Shown: positions 1-12,927, counted from the stretch's first letter. The stretch is 64,000 nt of DNA from Felis catus (GCF_018350175.1 NC_058373.1:103976001-104040000), one strand, 5' to 3'. Numbers and translations: made by a program. Notes: generated by a model from the sequence alone, not told the origin.

Positions 1-1044
1 TCTACATTATATGGGGCCCGATGCTGTGAGTGCTTGGAGGATGTTCCTGGGAACTAATGCCCTGTCCCTTGAGTGGAAAGTGACACTGTGAAGAAAGCCA
101 CCTTTATAGTTTAGCCGTTACCTTTGTACACCGGGCAGTGGATTTTTTCGGATTGAAAAAAAAAAGATTAGTAGTTATTATCATCTTTTACTTCAATATG
201 TTCTGTAATTAAATGGGTTGGTGCCTCGCCCACCTTACACCGCTTCATACTGTCTTAAGGATCCGCACCTAAAGATCTGGTCTCATCAGAGAGTGGCTTC
301 CGAGGGTACGTTGGACTCTGGAAGGGAACTATGATTAGTTGCGTGAAAAAATTTGTTGTAAGATAGAAGTACTTAGAATGCTTAGTCGTTCTTACTTAAA
401 AAGGAACTGATTTAAAATATTAATATCTGCACCATCTGCTTTAATCCTTGTGGCAAGAGCATGTATCAAAGTAGACAAGGTCTATCCCGTTGGATTGGGC
501 ATCACTGATGCCCATATAGTGCTGAGCCCATTGCTAAGATAAAGGCTGGGAAGCACGAATGATCCCCTTGCATCCACATACAAGGCCTGGGTGAGAGCAC
601 CAGGTCCCAAGAGTTCGTAGAAAGAACTCACTTCTTTGGTGGTAGGAGTGGAAGACATAGAGGAAGAAAGAAGTCTCATCATGCTCTTCTCTGCATTTGT
701 CCTCATTTGTTTTCAGAGACTAAAAAAAAAAAAAAAAAATCAGGATCAATATGATGTGAAGAATAGTGGGGAGCATTTACATGAAGAATTCCTTTCTCGA
801 TAATCCTCTGACTGATGTGCTTGGTGAAGCTCTGTGAATTCAAAGCTCAGTGCCATGATGAACTTCCCCTAAGGAGTCGTTACTGGCTCCAGTGACATCT
901 GTATGGTCGTGGTGCAGTGGTACAAATACTATAAACATTGGTCCTTATTGCGGGAGAAACGTGCAAGGCCCTGGTCTGGTACACGGAACGCATCTGTTTT
1001 ATGCTAATGTCACAGGGAAGTTTTCTTTTTCTTCCCCCCTTTTA

Positions 1045-1170
1045 AATAGACTTAATTTTTGAACAACAGTTTTAGGCTCAGGGCGAAATTAAGCAGAAAG
1101 TACAGACAGTTCTTAAACACCCCCTGCCTTCACACATGCACAGCCTTCACCACCGTCAACATCACCGGAA
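1045..1170 (-). mobile_element. L1MC-type LINE-1 3' end fragment
   Basis: 'cagttttaggctcagggcgaaattaagcagaaagtacagacagttc...acacatgcacagcc' resembles an antisense L1MC 3' terminus. Confidence 0.7.
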
Positions 1171-2389
1171 GAATTTCTAAAGTATGGATTTTGTGGCATT
1201 CTTTTTCCTCTGGAAGCTGGATGGCTAATTTTTTTTTCCTCTCAAATATGATAATGCTACTTTGTCTCAGGATTAGATGTTTAAATTGCATATACATACT
1301 GAATTAAAGGTTAGAGTCCATGAAAATAGAGCTTGGACCAGGAACATAGTTGGAGCAAATGACAGTTAAGAGCTGTCTGCTATCTGCACATTTTGCTAGA
1401 ATTAAGATTGAAAATGTATTGAAGATAAAAGAGATGAGGAAAACGGGAATGACCTGGATTTCTAGAACTCCTAGTTTAACGTTTAAGTGATTATCTGTGC
1501 TATAATAAAGCGCAGATAATTATTATGTTGCGTGCATACGTTATCATTAAGATACCCAGATATATAATTCATATATGGGATACTCCTATAGATTAACATG
1601 AACATATATACGAGTTCTCATTTACTTAAAATGCTAGGACATTAACAGTGATTTAAATGATCTCTCTCACACTCACGTTCGTATACAGGTTATACTATTA
1701 CATTTGCCAGATAATTAATGTCCTCTGTCTATATTTAACATGATTTGATTTCCTTTAAAGATAGCTAATGAGATAAAACAGGCACTATGAACCAGTTAAA
1801 TCAACCACCTAATCTTGCACATGAAACATTAAACAGAAAGGAAGCATCTGCAATTAGCAAATTGCTTTGATGTGACTAAATATCTGGCTCTCTCTGTCAC
1901 CAACATTGTGGGTCTAAGTCCCAGATGATCTAGACGTGCTGAATGTAAACATAACAAGCATGCATCTTTTCGTGTAGCTCCCTTCTTGAGGCTGGTAGTT
2001 CCATTCAGTTCAAAAGAACTCGGGCTCTTCGTCTGAAAGATCTTTATTTCCTTCCTGAAAAAGAGAAAACCGCACACTTCCAAGATGCAGAAGTGTGTAG
2101 CATTACCTACTAAGATGCTGAAAATGCAGAACTGTTTAAGGGATGGCGAGGATCCAGATATTATCCTAAAAGTGGATCTGGTTATTGGGCCCATCTAACG
2201 TGGATCTGATGGACTCAGGCAGAAGAACTCACACATGGGCTTCTTCTTCAGTGTCTGCTTGATAAAATTCTAGAGTTTACCCAGAATGTGGATGGAGTGG
2301 CACAGGAGTGACTGTGGGCAAAGCCATATGGAGAAAACCAATGGACCTCGAAAAAAACTTCAATATGTGAATGTTCATTTAGGAAAATT

Positions 2390-2830
2390 ACTTTTTTACT
2401 GAGTGCTGTTGGTCACCGTTCTACGTGCTTTATATAGGTCATCTCATTTAATTGTCTCAAAAAAAAAAAAAACTTGGGGCGCCTGGGTGGCTCAGTCGGT
2501 TAAGCGGCCGACTTCGGCCCAGATCATGATCTCGCGGTCTGTGAGTTTGAGCCCCGCATCGGGCTCTGTGCTGACAGCTCAGAGCCTGGAGCCTGTTTCA
2601 GATTCTGTGTCTCCCTCTCTCTGACCCTCCCCCATTCATGCTTTGTCTCTGTCTCAAAAATAAATAAACGTTAAAAAAAAACAAACAAACCCAACACGCA
2701 TGAAAGAGGTATTATTTTTTTTATCACCCCCGATTAACAGATGAGAAAACAGAGGCAGAGAAAGGTCAGACAACTTGCCCACCATCACCCAGTCCCTTGG
2801 TAGGTAGTGGGAAACAACTAGAACATACGC
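2390..2830 (-). mobile_element. MIR, interrupted by a SINEC
   Basis: 'acagatgagaaaacagaggcagagaaaggtcagacaacttgcccaccatcaccc' is an antisense MIR core. Confidence 0.65.
2476..2681 (+). mobile_element. Can-SINE (SINEC_Fc-family)
   Basis: GGGGCGCCTGGGTGGCTCAGTCGG tRNA-like head, CT tract, AATAAA/A tail. Confidence 0.95.
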
Positions 2831-3113
2831 ATTTTGAAAATCAGCTAGATGCATGGTTGGTTTTGTATGGAGATGTATGGGTGATCGTGATGTGCATATA
2901 TTGAAAGTGAAGAGTTCTAAGTGTGATCACTATCAGGGAAGTAAACCCCCTTCAGTGACTAGGAAAAAGAAAGGGGGCCCACAGGAACCAAGGGCACTTG
3001 ACAGGCAGAATGCCAGACAGTACATTCTAGGTGCCAGGCATACTCAGGCACAACACTTTCTTTGGTCCTCTTGGTGACACTGGCAGGTAGGTGTTCAAAT
3101 CTATTTAAAAAAA

Positions 3114-3339
3114 TTAAAAAAAAAATTTTTTTTTTCAACGTTTATTTATTTTTTGGGACAGAGAGAGACAGAGCATGAACGGGGGAGGGGCAGAGAGAGA
3201 GGGAGACACAGAATCGGAAACAGGCTCCAGGCTCTGAGCCATCAGCCCAGAGCCCGACGCGGGGCTCGAACTCACGGACCGCGAGATTGTGACCTGGCTG
3301 AAGTCGGAAGCTTAACCGACTGCGCCACCCAGGCACCCC
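3114..3339 (-). mobile_element. young SINEC_Fc
   Basis: near-consensus body; TSD CAAATCTATTTAAAAAA on both sides. Confidence 0.95.
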
Positions 3340-3354
3340 CAAATCTATTTAAAA

Positions 3355-3860
3355 AATTTAACAGACTTTGTTTTTTAGAGAAGTTTTGGCTTTACAGGAA
3401 AATTGTGTGGAAAATGTGGACTCCCCGGTTTCCCTTACTGTTAACATCCTGCATTAGTGCGGTACGCTTGTTAAAACTAACGAGCCAATACTGATATATT
3501 ATTGCTAACTAAAGCCCGTAGTTTACGTTAGGGTTCAGTCTTTGCATTGACCAGTTCCGCAGCTCTTGACCAATGCATAACGTCCTGTATCTACTACTGC
3601 AGTATCATACAGAATAGTTCACTGCCCTTCCCTCTGTCGGTTGAGTTATGTACTCTGTCTGTAGTTTTGCCTTTTCCAGAATGTCATACGGTTGGAATCG
3701 TATCACGTGTCGCCTTGGCAGAGTGGCTTCTTTCACTTGGCAATCTGGGTCTCAGATGCCTCCATGTCTTTCCAAGGCTTGAGAGCTTATTTATTTTTGT
3801 CATGGAATCATATTCTATTGGGTGAGTATCTGACAGTTTCTCTGTTCACCCATTTTTCAA
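3355..3860 (-). mobile_element. L1MC-type LINE-1 3' fragment
   Basis: 'ttaacatcctgcattagtgcggtacgcttgtt...gagccaatactgatatattatt...gttttgccttttccagaatgtcata' matches the antisense L1MC 3' region. Confidence 0.75.
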
Positions 3861-4208
3861 AGGTGGAAATGGAGACTCAGGAAGTTATCGATGTTTCCAC
3901 GGCCAGAAAGTGGCAGAGCTGGACTTCCTGCTCTATGGCCAGGGCTTTCCCACTACATGATAGCTGCCGAGGAGAATTATGAAAAAAACCCAAAAACCAA
4001 AAAAAAACAAAAAATCAAAACCAGGTTGGCATTGGGTCATATTGTAAACTGGGGCACTCAATCAAACCAGGTGTCTCATTTTTCTTTTTAAGTTTTCTAG
4101 CTGTATTTTCATTGGGCAAAATTTATGCTTCTGTAAGAACTAGCCCCAGTAGACTCCTGTATCTCCCCCAAAGTAAGAGCTTTGTGTATGAGCCAGGAAA
4201 GTACTTTA

Positions 4209-4440
4209 GGGGTGCTTGGGTGGCTCAGTCAGTTGAAGGTCCGACTCTTGATTTCGTCTCAGGTCATGATCTCATGGTCATGGGATCGAGCCCTGCATTA
4301 ATCTCCTCCCTAAGTGTGGAGGCTGCTTGGGATTCTCTTTCTCTCCCTTTGCCCCTCTTCCCCACTCATGCACACATGCGCTCCCCCCCCTCTAAATATA
4401 AAAAAAGTTTTTTTTTAATTAAAAAAAAAAGGAAAAGAAA
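4209..4440 (+). mobile_element. older Can-SINE
   Basis: diverged tRNA-like head, CT tract, A tail. Confidence 0.9.
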
Positions 4441-5333
4441 AATACCTTTAGGGAAGACAAACACTCCATACCGGGCTCTGGGTAGACAAAGTGAAATATC
4501 TTGGGAGTACTGGCCAGTAGATTGCTACCTAAGGTAGTATTGTTTTCAGGAGCCCTACAAAGGACTCATTGACTGACCGCACAAATTACCACTCCGAATT
4601 CTACCACAGGACATTTATTCCTCTCATTTAAGTTTTTTGAATTCCTGTTCAGGGTCCAACCCCCTGGGAAAGGAGGCAGCTGTGCCTCCCCGTGAGTAAG
4701 GCACTGGGAGCCCAGGGAGAAGGGGAGCAGTAAGGTATAAGGAAGTGATGGAGAGCCGGAGGGAAGTGGGTGCTGAGTAGGGGTCACTGTTTCCTAAAGT
4801 AAAGCTGCTGTGTCCTTCTACTCAGAACGCACTGCCCTGATAATAACACCCCGGTCTCCTGTGCCCTCACTCGTGGAAGCAGAGCGATAGCTAGTTATAG
4901 TAAACCTGTGAAACCCAGGCCTTTCTTCTCAGGAGCCAGCCGCCCAACACAGAGCCCTTCCATCCTTCTATCTGCAGCGTAAGTAACCAGAGGCCCGTCC
5001 CGTGGCCTCCCGTGCGGCCTCTGCCTGTGGCACAGTAGGACAGAGGCCTGTTTGTCGTTGTGTTCAGTATTAGAAAGTATCGTCTGCACGTAAAAGCCAC
5101 ATTCTCCAATATCAGCTTTGCCAGTGATGAAGGTGACATTTTGATCTTTATTTGCTTTACTATCTTATCGATTTCTAGTTGGTTCAGAATTAGTGAGAAG
5201 AAGTGATATTTTGGGGGTTCTCATCAAACCCAATTCATGGGAAATCAGAGACCACCCTTTTTTAAAAAAAAATTTAAAAACTGTTTAATTAAAAAAATTT
5301 TTAATTCAAAAAAATTTTTAACAGAGGCTCCAT

Positions 5334-5537
5334 GGGGCACCTGGGTGGCTCAGTTGGTTGAGCATCCAACCTCAGCTCAGATCATGATCTCGGGGTTCGT
5401 GAGTTTGAGCCCCACATCTGGCTCACTGCTGTCAGTGCAGAGCCTCCTTCAGATGCCCTGTCTCCTTCTCTCTGTCCCTCCCACCCTTGTGCTCTCTCTG
5501 TTTCTCAAAAATAAATTAAAAAAAAACATGTAAAAAA
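5334..5537 (+). mobile_element. Can-SINE
   Basis: GGGGCACCTGGGTGGCTCAG head, A tail. Confidence 0.9.
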
Positions 5538-5539
5538 AT

Positions 5540-5656
5540 TAAGTAAGCTTCATGCCCAGTGTGGAGCCCAATGTGGGACTTGAACTCACGACCCTGAGAT
5601 CAAGGCCTGAGTTGAGATCAAGAGTCAGCTGCTTAACTGAGCCACCCAGGCACCCC
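5540..5656 (-). mobile_element. short-form Can-SINE
   Basis: 'gagatcaagagtcagctgcttaactgagccacccaggcacccc'. Confidence 0.85.
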
Positions 5657-5764
5657 TTCCTTAATCCTTATAGATGTCCTTATTTATGGTTCTTTTCCAA
5701 TGGCACCTTGAACTCTGACAAGAGACGGACTAAGGAAATAGAGGGCAATGGAGGAAGTTTGAAG

Positions 5765-5940
5765 ACAGTCATCAATAGTAATCATAACTACTATTGCCTC
5801 ATTGAATCTTTATGAAAAGAATACCTGTGGTGTTGATAATATTGTACCCATTTTTCTAAATGAAAAGCAGAGGGACTTGCCCAAGGTAAGAACTAGTAAG
5901 TGGCACATTCAATTCTGGTTGAGTCCAAAGCCTCTGCTTT
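5765..5940 (-). mobile_element. MIR
   Basis: 'cccatttttctaaatgaaaagcagagggacttgcccaaggt...actagtaagtggca'. Confidence 0.65.
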
Positions 5941-6789
5941 ACTTCTGCATTTCTCCAAGAATTGTTATGTTTTCCTCCTCAGTGTTCTTTCTCTCTCCCT
6001 TCTTTTCCCTTCACACTGCCACATTCCCTGTCTTAGGCTCATGTCTGGCCTGTCACACCATAGACCCCCTCCACCCCTAGGCTTCCACTGAGTCCATTCT
6101 GCACCCTTCGAGACCAACCTTCCTAAAACTTGATTTAAAATGTGCCTTTCCAGATCCAAGATTGTTCTCAGATGTTCTGTCAGCTCCTAAAATATGGCTA
6201 TCCCTTGAAGAATAGGACACTTATCAAGAGCTCCAGGTTAGAGCCCAAATCTGACCTGGTATGAACCATTTATATGGAAGTCTATGGAAGTCAACTCAGT
6301 CTTCTTTGGATAATAGCACTCATCCCCTCCCCCCCCCATGATAGTTATTATAATCCACTCAATAATCCCATTTCTTAATGTGGAATTATAAACTGTTCCC
6401 CTGTGGGAGCACTACACAACCTGCAATATTTACTTGTCCTTGGGCTTCTTTGTAACCTCCTCAAGGGATGTCACTGATGTATCCCCTGAGCCCAGCAGAG
6501 CACAGGGAAGACAGAAATAGAAACTGCCCTATAGATGTCTGTTGAATGAATTAAATGAGTTCCCGTTTGTAGTGGTAGGCATGAGAGCTCCAGCTTAATA
6601 TGTGGCCCTTAAATACTTTTGAATACATGAAAAAAAATATTTAATTACTTCAAATAGATAAAATATTCATCTTGCCTCCTTTCTAAATACTTCACCCAAA
6701 TCATACAAATATGAACTTTGACACTTCAGAACCTTTTTATTTTTATTTTTGGCAAGGGGCTGCAATGGCTGTATTGGGACCTTCCTTTC

Positions 6790-6884
6790 AGCCCAGCTCT
6801 GTTACTTACTAGCTGTGGTCTCTAGGGCAAAATATTTAAACTCTCCGTGACTTATTTCCTACCAGGGATAATAGGAGTAGGATT

Positions 6885-6924
<40 letters not shown>

Positions 6925-7010
6925 TCAAGTTTAAAAGTTTTTAAAATGTTTAGAATAATGTCTAGCTCAGAGGGCACTCAATAAATACAAGCTGTTATCA
7001 TCATCATTAT
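6790..7010 (+). mobile_element. MIR containing a (CTTT)n tract
   Basis: 'cccagctctgttacttactagctgtgg...cactcaataaata'. Confidence 0.65.
6882..6926. repeat. (CTTT)n microsatellite
   Basis: perfect tetranucleotide run. Confidence 0.95.
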
Positions 7011-7719
7011 TGATAGAACAATCATGAATGACATAGGCACTTTGGAGATAGTATATTTTTAAAACTGCAAAGTGTGGGAAAGAGGTCTTATAGTTTTGTC
7101 TTAACGAGCTGTCACCCTTTGAGATCCTTCTACCTTAACCATCACCTTTGGTTTTCAGAGACTTTTGGAGATTTGCTGAAGTTTTTGCTCTTGTGGATGT
7201 TGTGGTGTAGGGGGCCAGTTTTCTTGGAGCAGAACCACCCACAACTGATTTCTGAACCTGTGCTAAGCAGATAAGGATTCACTGGATAAGCATGGGGAGT
7301 AGCAATGGTAGTATGAAAAGGGAAATATTAGACCAGGACGCAGGCACTGGAACTTAGAGTTAGGTGGAGAAGTGTAGGACTTTGGTTATGCGATGTTTAG
7401 TTCTTCCAGCAAGAGATGGGACACTGGAGAAGAAAGGAGAGTGATCTCCAGGTCTCTAAGAGGAAAAAAAAAATGAGCAATGTGGAAGGTTGATACTGAC
7501 ATCCCTCCCTTTCATAAAAGATTTTTAAAAAGGAAACTTTGCTGATTAACTTCTAGGCATTCATTGGTTGCTCTGAAGATGCATCTGTACCTAATGCTTT
7601 TAGGTGAATTATACTATTGGCAGAGAAATGAGAGCGGGGTCCACACATGTGCCTGATGAGCCCAAACTACAAAGCACAGTCAAGAGCCTAGCCCCACGGC
7701 ACTGGGGCCACACCAAGCA

Positions 7720-8200
7720 GAAGCCTTAGAATGTGCATCTTCTTTAACCCTCACTTTCACACCTGAGAATTCTTTCTGTAAATATATTTGGATAAGTGGG
7801 CAAAACTTAAACGTGAAAGGCAATTTACCACGGCATGTCATACTACTGCAAACCTAATAGCTGATCAGATGAAATAACTTAAATATCCCATAACAGAGGA
7901 TTGGCTCAATATATTTTGGGACATCCGTCAGTTGAATGCTATGGCCATTTTAAACAATACTGTACATGTATATTTATTGACACAGGGAGATGTTTGTGCT
8001 CTACCGTCAGGGAGTAAAACAATATGTAAATTTTGATCCTGCTGTAAACAAATGGATTATATGTGTGGGTATAATTACCTGGGAGAGGATTTGCCAAAAT
8101 GCTAATAAATGATGATCTCTGGATATGTTCAGATACATTTAAAAAATATTGCTCTGTATTTTAAAAATGATCTACAGGGCATTAAAATTGTGATGAAAGT
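7720..8200 (+). mobile_element. old L1ME-type 3' fragment
   Basis: 'aacttaaatatcccataacagaggattggctcaatatattttgggacatcc...gaatgctatggccattttaaac'. Confidence 0.55.
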
Positions 8201-8465
8201 AAAAAACAAAAAGCAAACACAGAAACAGATGGTCTGATAAGCAGCTGAGGCGGAATGCCTGGGCTCCCATTGAGAGGGAGATATAGGACTGAGGGGGCAG
8301 CTCTTCCGGTTTCAAACCTAGAGGAGAGTACACACACGTTACCTAAGCCAGTCATCATTTACAAAGAGTGGGTAGGCTCTTTTACTATAAAGAGCCTGTT
8401 CTTCATGCGTCCTGCTTGTCCTCACACTGGTAAAGATTTAGTCATTTAAAATACATCTGTGGGGC

Positions 8466-8575
8466 GGGGCACCTGGCTGGCTCAATTGGTAGAGCCTGGG
8501 TCGCTTGATCTCGAGGTTGTAAGTTCAAGCCCCACAATGGGCTTAGAGATTACTTAAAAATAAAATCTTAAAAAA
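8466..8575 (+). mobile_element. short-form Can-SINE
   Basis: GGGGCACCTGGCTGGCTCA...GAGATTACTTAAAAATAAAATCTT. Confidence 0.85.
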
Positions 8576-9150
8576 TATATATGTCTAATGAGTGAACAGG
8601 CAAAATAGAATAATATGTTCACTCGTCTCTCCCCCTGGATGGTCAGCTCCACGAAGGGGAGGGCTCCTGATGGCTAGTTTACGACTACTGGAAGGACTTA
8701 CAGAGGTGATCCACCCTCAGTGTGTGCCTTATATTTGCCACTGAAAGAGAAAAAACTAGCATTCATTAGGTATTCAACAGATGTTCTTTGAACACTCAAC
8801 TGAAGTGTATCCTTTATCATTATATTGCGAGTTCAAACCTTTGGCATAGGCTCATCTCTTTATGGGGATAGGTGCGTTTCAATTCTATCGTTAAGACAGT
8901 GAAGCCTATTTATAGTTAAGAGAATAAATCTTCCTTACATTTGGTAAGTCATTTCAGTCACCCATGGCAAAGGAAAACTTGACACTAGGTGAAAATTATC
9001 CACTATGGCAAAATAGGGAACGTAGCTTGAGAATTACATTCTTGGGGCTATCTTTACCCAGTTTTGTTTTGTTTTTTGTTTTTTTGGTTTGTTTGTTTTG
9101 CAAGTCTTTTCTTTCCTTCCTTTTTCTCTCTTAAAAAGTTCAGTACATGT

Positions 9151-9375
9151 TTTTTTTTTTAATTTTTTTTTTAACGTTTATTTATTTTTGAGACAGAGAG
9201 AGACAGAGCATGAACGGGGGAGGGGCAGAGAGAGAGGGAGACACAGAATCGGAAGCAGGCTCCAGGCTCTGAGCCATCAGCCCAGAGCCCGACGCGGGGC
9301 TCGAACTCACGGACCGCGAGATCGTGACCTGAGCTGAAGTCGGACGCTTAACCAACTGAGCAACCCAGGCGCCCC
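9151..9375 (-). mobile_element. SINEC_Fc-family SINE
   Basis: TSD AAAAGTTCAGTACATGT (9134-9150 / 9376-9392). Confidence 0.95.
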
Positions 9376-9709
9376 AAAAGTTCAGTACATGTTTTTTTAA
9401 AAAATGTGAGCCCTAAGTTATTTTAGACCAGTTACCCCCCCCCCCGGAGATCCCCATAGGAATGTGTCACCGTCACCTCAGACCCCAAACCGAACCCCAC
9501 TTATTCCTCACGAATCCAGCTTCTCATCTTCAATTTCTCAGCATAAGAATGTGCAATATCTCTTCAGTTCTCTGGTTCAGAAATTTGGAATAATCCTCAG
9601 GCCCTCGGGCTTCCTTCACTGAATTCCTCCGTTGAATAAGTCTCAAAGTCCTAATAATTCTACCTCTTAAATGACTCGATTCCAGTCCCTTTTCTCTATT
9701 CTTACTGCA

Positions 9710-10520
9710 ATTCATCGATGATGAACAAATACTGATGAAGCACCTATCATGTTCCAGGCACTGGGGTTCCAGTGGTGAACAAACCAGATGAAGTCCCTGT
9801 CCTCAGGGAGCTGATCATCCAGTGGGAGAGACAGATGATCGACAAGACTATTTTAAGTAACAGTTTCAGAGATTGCTAAGGGCAAGAAGATAAAACAGAG
9901 GGTTGTGGGAAGGGAGTGTGTTAGACAGGAGGGTAGAGCTTGGCCTTTCTGTGGAGCAGACAATTTGAGGAAAACTCAAAGGATGTGAAGGGTGAGCCAT
10001 CTGAAGATCCGGGGAAGAGTGTTCTGGCAGAGAGAAAAGACAACGCAGTGATCCAAAGTGAGAGAAAGTTCAGTGTGTTCTAGAAGGCCGGGGTGTCTGG
10101 AGCGGAGCAAGTGAGCAGCAGAGGCGGTGAAGGAATGCGCAGAGGCCAGGCTCGCGGGAGGAGGTCTACATTTTTTGCAAGGAGGTGAGATTTTCTTTTT
10201 TCCTTGACAGGAAGCTATTGGGAGGTCTTGAGGAAGGGAGTGACATCGCTTGATTTACATTTTTGAGAGCTCACTCCACTGCAGTGTGGAGACGATGGTT
10301 GGAAGGCAAGAGAAACCGGAAGATCGACTGGGACACTGGAGAAACCCAAGCAAGAGGTTTAGATGCTGGTAACTGCGGAGGCAGAAGGAAGTTACCAGAT
10401 TCAGTGTGGTTTGAAGGTAAAGCCGGGAGGACTCGTAGGTGGATGGAGGGGATGGTTGTGAGGGAAAGAAAGCAATCAGCATGGCACCTGGGTATTTAGC
10501 CTGAGCCAGATGCCTCAATG
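9710..10520 (-). mobile_element. L2 LINE 3' fragment
   Basis: 'aacaaatactgatgaagcacctatcatgttccaggcactgggg...gtccctgtcctcagggagctga...' antisense L2 end plus upstream body. Confidence 0.8.
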
Positions 10521-10666
10521 TAATTTATTAAATGATTCATCTTTTTGCCAATCAGGAAAAAATCACCTTTCTTATGTATTATAAGGCTGGATCTATTTCT
10601 GGATTTTCTGTTCTACCTATTCCTGATCACACTCTTCTAATTCCTAGTTAAAAACGAATTAAAGGT

Positions 10667-10887
10667 GGGGCGCCTGGGTGGCTCAGTCGGTTGAGCGTCC
10701 AACTTCAGCTCAGGTCATGGTCTCGTGGCTTGTGAGTTCGAGTCCCCGTGGGGCTCTGTGCTGACAGTTCAGAGCCTGGAGCCTGCTTCTGATTCTGTCT
10801 CCCCATCTCTCTGCTCCTCCCCTGTTCACGCTCTCTCCCTCTCTCTCTCTCTCAAAAATTAATAAACATTAAAAAAAATTTTTTTAA
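10667..10887 (+). mobile_element. Can-SINE
   Basis: full head, CT tract, tail; flanking AATTAAAGG. Confidence 0.92.
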
Positions 10888-10898
10888 ACCTAATTAAA

Positions 10899-11100
10899 GG
10901 GGCACCTGGGTGGTTAAGTCAGTTAAGCATCCGACTCTTGATTTTGACTCAGGTCATGATCTCACAGTTTGTGAGTTTGAGCCCCACAGCAGGCTCTGTG
11001 CTGTACTTGTGATTCTCTCTCTCTCCCTCTCTCTCTGCCCCTTCCCTGCTCAGTGCACGCTCTCTCTCTCAAAATAAATAAATAAACTTAAAAAATAAAT
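10899..11100 (+). mobile_element. Can-SINE
   Basis: full head, CT tract, tail. Confidence 0.9.
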
Positions 11101-11334
11101 TAAAATTATTAACGTATTATCAATTTATGCAGTATACAATAGGTTATAAATAAAATACAATAAAATTAATTTTCTAACCATTCTTACTTTTTCAGATCTG
11201 TTTCAGTTTTTCTCACATGCTAATTCTACAAATACATTTTAGAATCACTTTTATCAAGTTGAAAAAAAAAACTGCTAGGAGTTTGATTGTTTAGTATTGT
11301 ATTTATAGTTTCGTCTGTAATGTTTTGTTTGTTT

Positions 11335-11544
11335 AAAAAAATTTTTAATGTTTATTTTTGAGAGAGAAACAGACAGATTGTGAGTGGGGGAGGGGAAGAG
11401 AGAGAAGGAGACACAAAATCCGCAGGCTCCAGCCTCTGAGTTGTCAGCACAGAGCCTGACACAGGGCTTGAACTCGGGAACTAACTGTGAGATCATGACT
11501 TCATCCAAAGTCAGACGCTTAACCAACTGATCCACACAGGCCCC
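11335..11544 (-). mobile_element. Can-SINE
   Basis: antisense SINEC body. Confidence 0.9.
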
Positions 11545-11559
11545 TTATTTGTTTGTTGG

Positions 11560-11767
11560 TTTTAAATGTTTATGTATTTATTATGAGGGAGAGAGGAAGC
11601 ATGAGCAGGGGGGAAAGGCAGAGGGAGAGAGTAGAGAGAAGCTCAAGCAGGCTCCGTGCTGTTAGCGCACAGCCCAATGCAGGGCTCGATCTCATGAAAC
11701 TCAAGATCATGACCTGAGTCAAAATCAAGAGCTGGATGCTCAAATGACTGAGCCACCCAGGTGCCCC
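11560..11767 (-). mobile_element. Can-SINE
   Basis: antisense SINEC body. Confidence 0.9.
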
Positions 11768-11784
11768 AGTCTATAACAACATTG

Positions 11785-12015
11785 TATTTTTTATTTTTTA
11801 AAATATTTACTCATTTATTTTTGAGAGAGAGAGAGAGAAAGCGAGAGAGAGCTCATGAACAAGGGAGGGGCAGAGAGAGAGGGAGAGAATCCCAAGCAGG
11901 CTCCCCACTGGCAGCTCAGAGCCCAACATGGGGCTCGAACTCAAGAACCGTGAGATCATGACCAGAACCTAAATCAAGAGTTGGATGTTTAACTGACTGA
12001 GCCACCCAGGTGCCT
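11785..12015 (-). mobile_element. Can-SINE
   Basis: antisense SINEC body. Confidence 0.9.
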
Positions 12016-12029
12016 CTGTTATAACATTT

Positions 12030-12163
12030 TGTTTTTAATGTATTTTTTATTTTTATTTTTAAAAAGTTTTATTATGTAAGTAACCTCTACACCCAACGTG
12101 GGGTTTGAACTGACCCAAGATCAAGAGTCATACGCTCTTCTGACTGAGCCAGCCAGGTGTCCC
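12030..12163 (-). mobile_element. short-form Can-SINE
   Basis: 'ctctacacccaacgtgggg...gatcaagagtc...gagccagccaggtgtccc'. Confidence 0.85.
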
Positions 12164-12180
12164 TCGTCTGTAATAGCATT

Positions 12181-12411
12181 TTATTTTTATTTATTTATTT
12201 ATTTATTCAACGTTTATTTATTTTTGGGACAGAGACAGACAGAGCATGAACGGGCGAGGGGCAGAGAGAGAGGGGGACACAGAATCGGAAACAGGCTCCA
12301 GGCTCTGAGCCATCAGCCCAGAGCCCGACGCGGGGCTCGAACTCACGGACCGCGAGATCATGTCCTGAGCTGAAGTCGGACGCTTAACCGACTGCGCCAC
12401 CCAGGCGCCCC
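12181..12411 (-). mobile_element. SINEC_Fc-family SINE
   Basis: near-consensus body; TSD TGTAATAGCATTTTA. Confidence 0.95.
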
Positions 12412-12692
12412 TGTAATAGCATTTTAAAACATTGTTTGTCCTTCCATATTCACGATGGCTTTCTGTAGGTTTATAATTTCCTTAATATAAAGCATACACA
12501 TTTCTTGTTGTTGGTTCTTTTGTGAATGGGAATCTACTGTATCTGTTATACTTTCTAACTAGTTATTGCAGGCAAGTAAGAAAGTTATTACTTTTATAGA
12601 TTTATATTTTAACCAGATAATCTACTGAATTCGCTCCTGTTTCTAATAGTTTTTCAGTTGATTCACTTGGGTTTTTAAGACTATAATCTTTA

Positions 12693-12927
12693 GGGGGCGC
12701 CTGGGTGGCGCAGTCGGTTAAGCGTCCGACTTCACCCAGGTCACGATCTCGTGGTCCGTGAGTTCGAGCCCCGCGTCGGGCTCTGGGCTGATGGCTCAGA
12801 GCCTGGAGCGTGTTTCTGATTCTGTGTCCCCCTCTCTCTGCCCCTCCCCCGTTCATGCTCTGTCTCTCTCTGTCCCCCCAAAAAAATAAATAAATGTTGA
12901 AAAAAAAAATTTAAAAAAAATAAAAAA
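12693..12927 (+). mobile_element. young SINEC_Fc
   Basis: TSD AAGACTATAATCTTTA. Confidence 0.95.

Noticed and set aside
2476..2560. tRNA-like A/B-box heads (TGGCTCAGTCGG...GTTCGAGCC) throughout the window
   Set aside because: These are SINE heads followed by CT tracts and A tails, not tRNA genes
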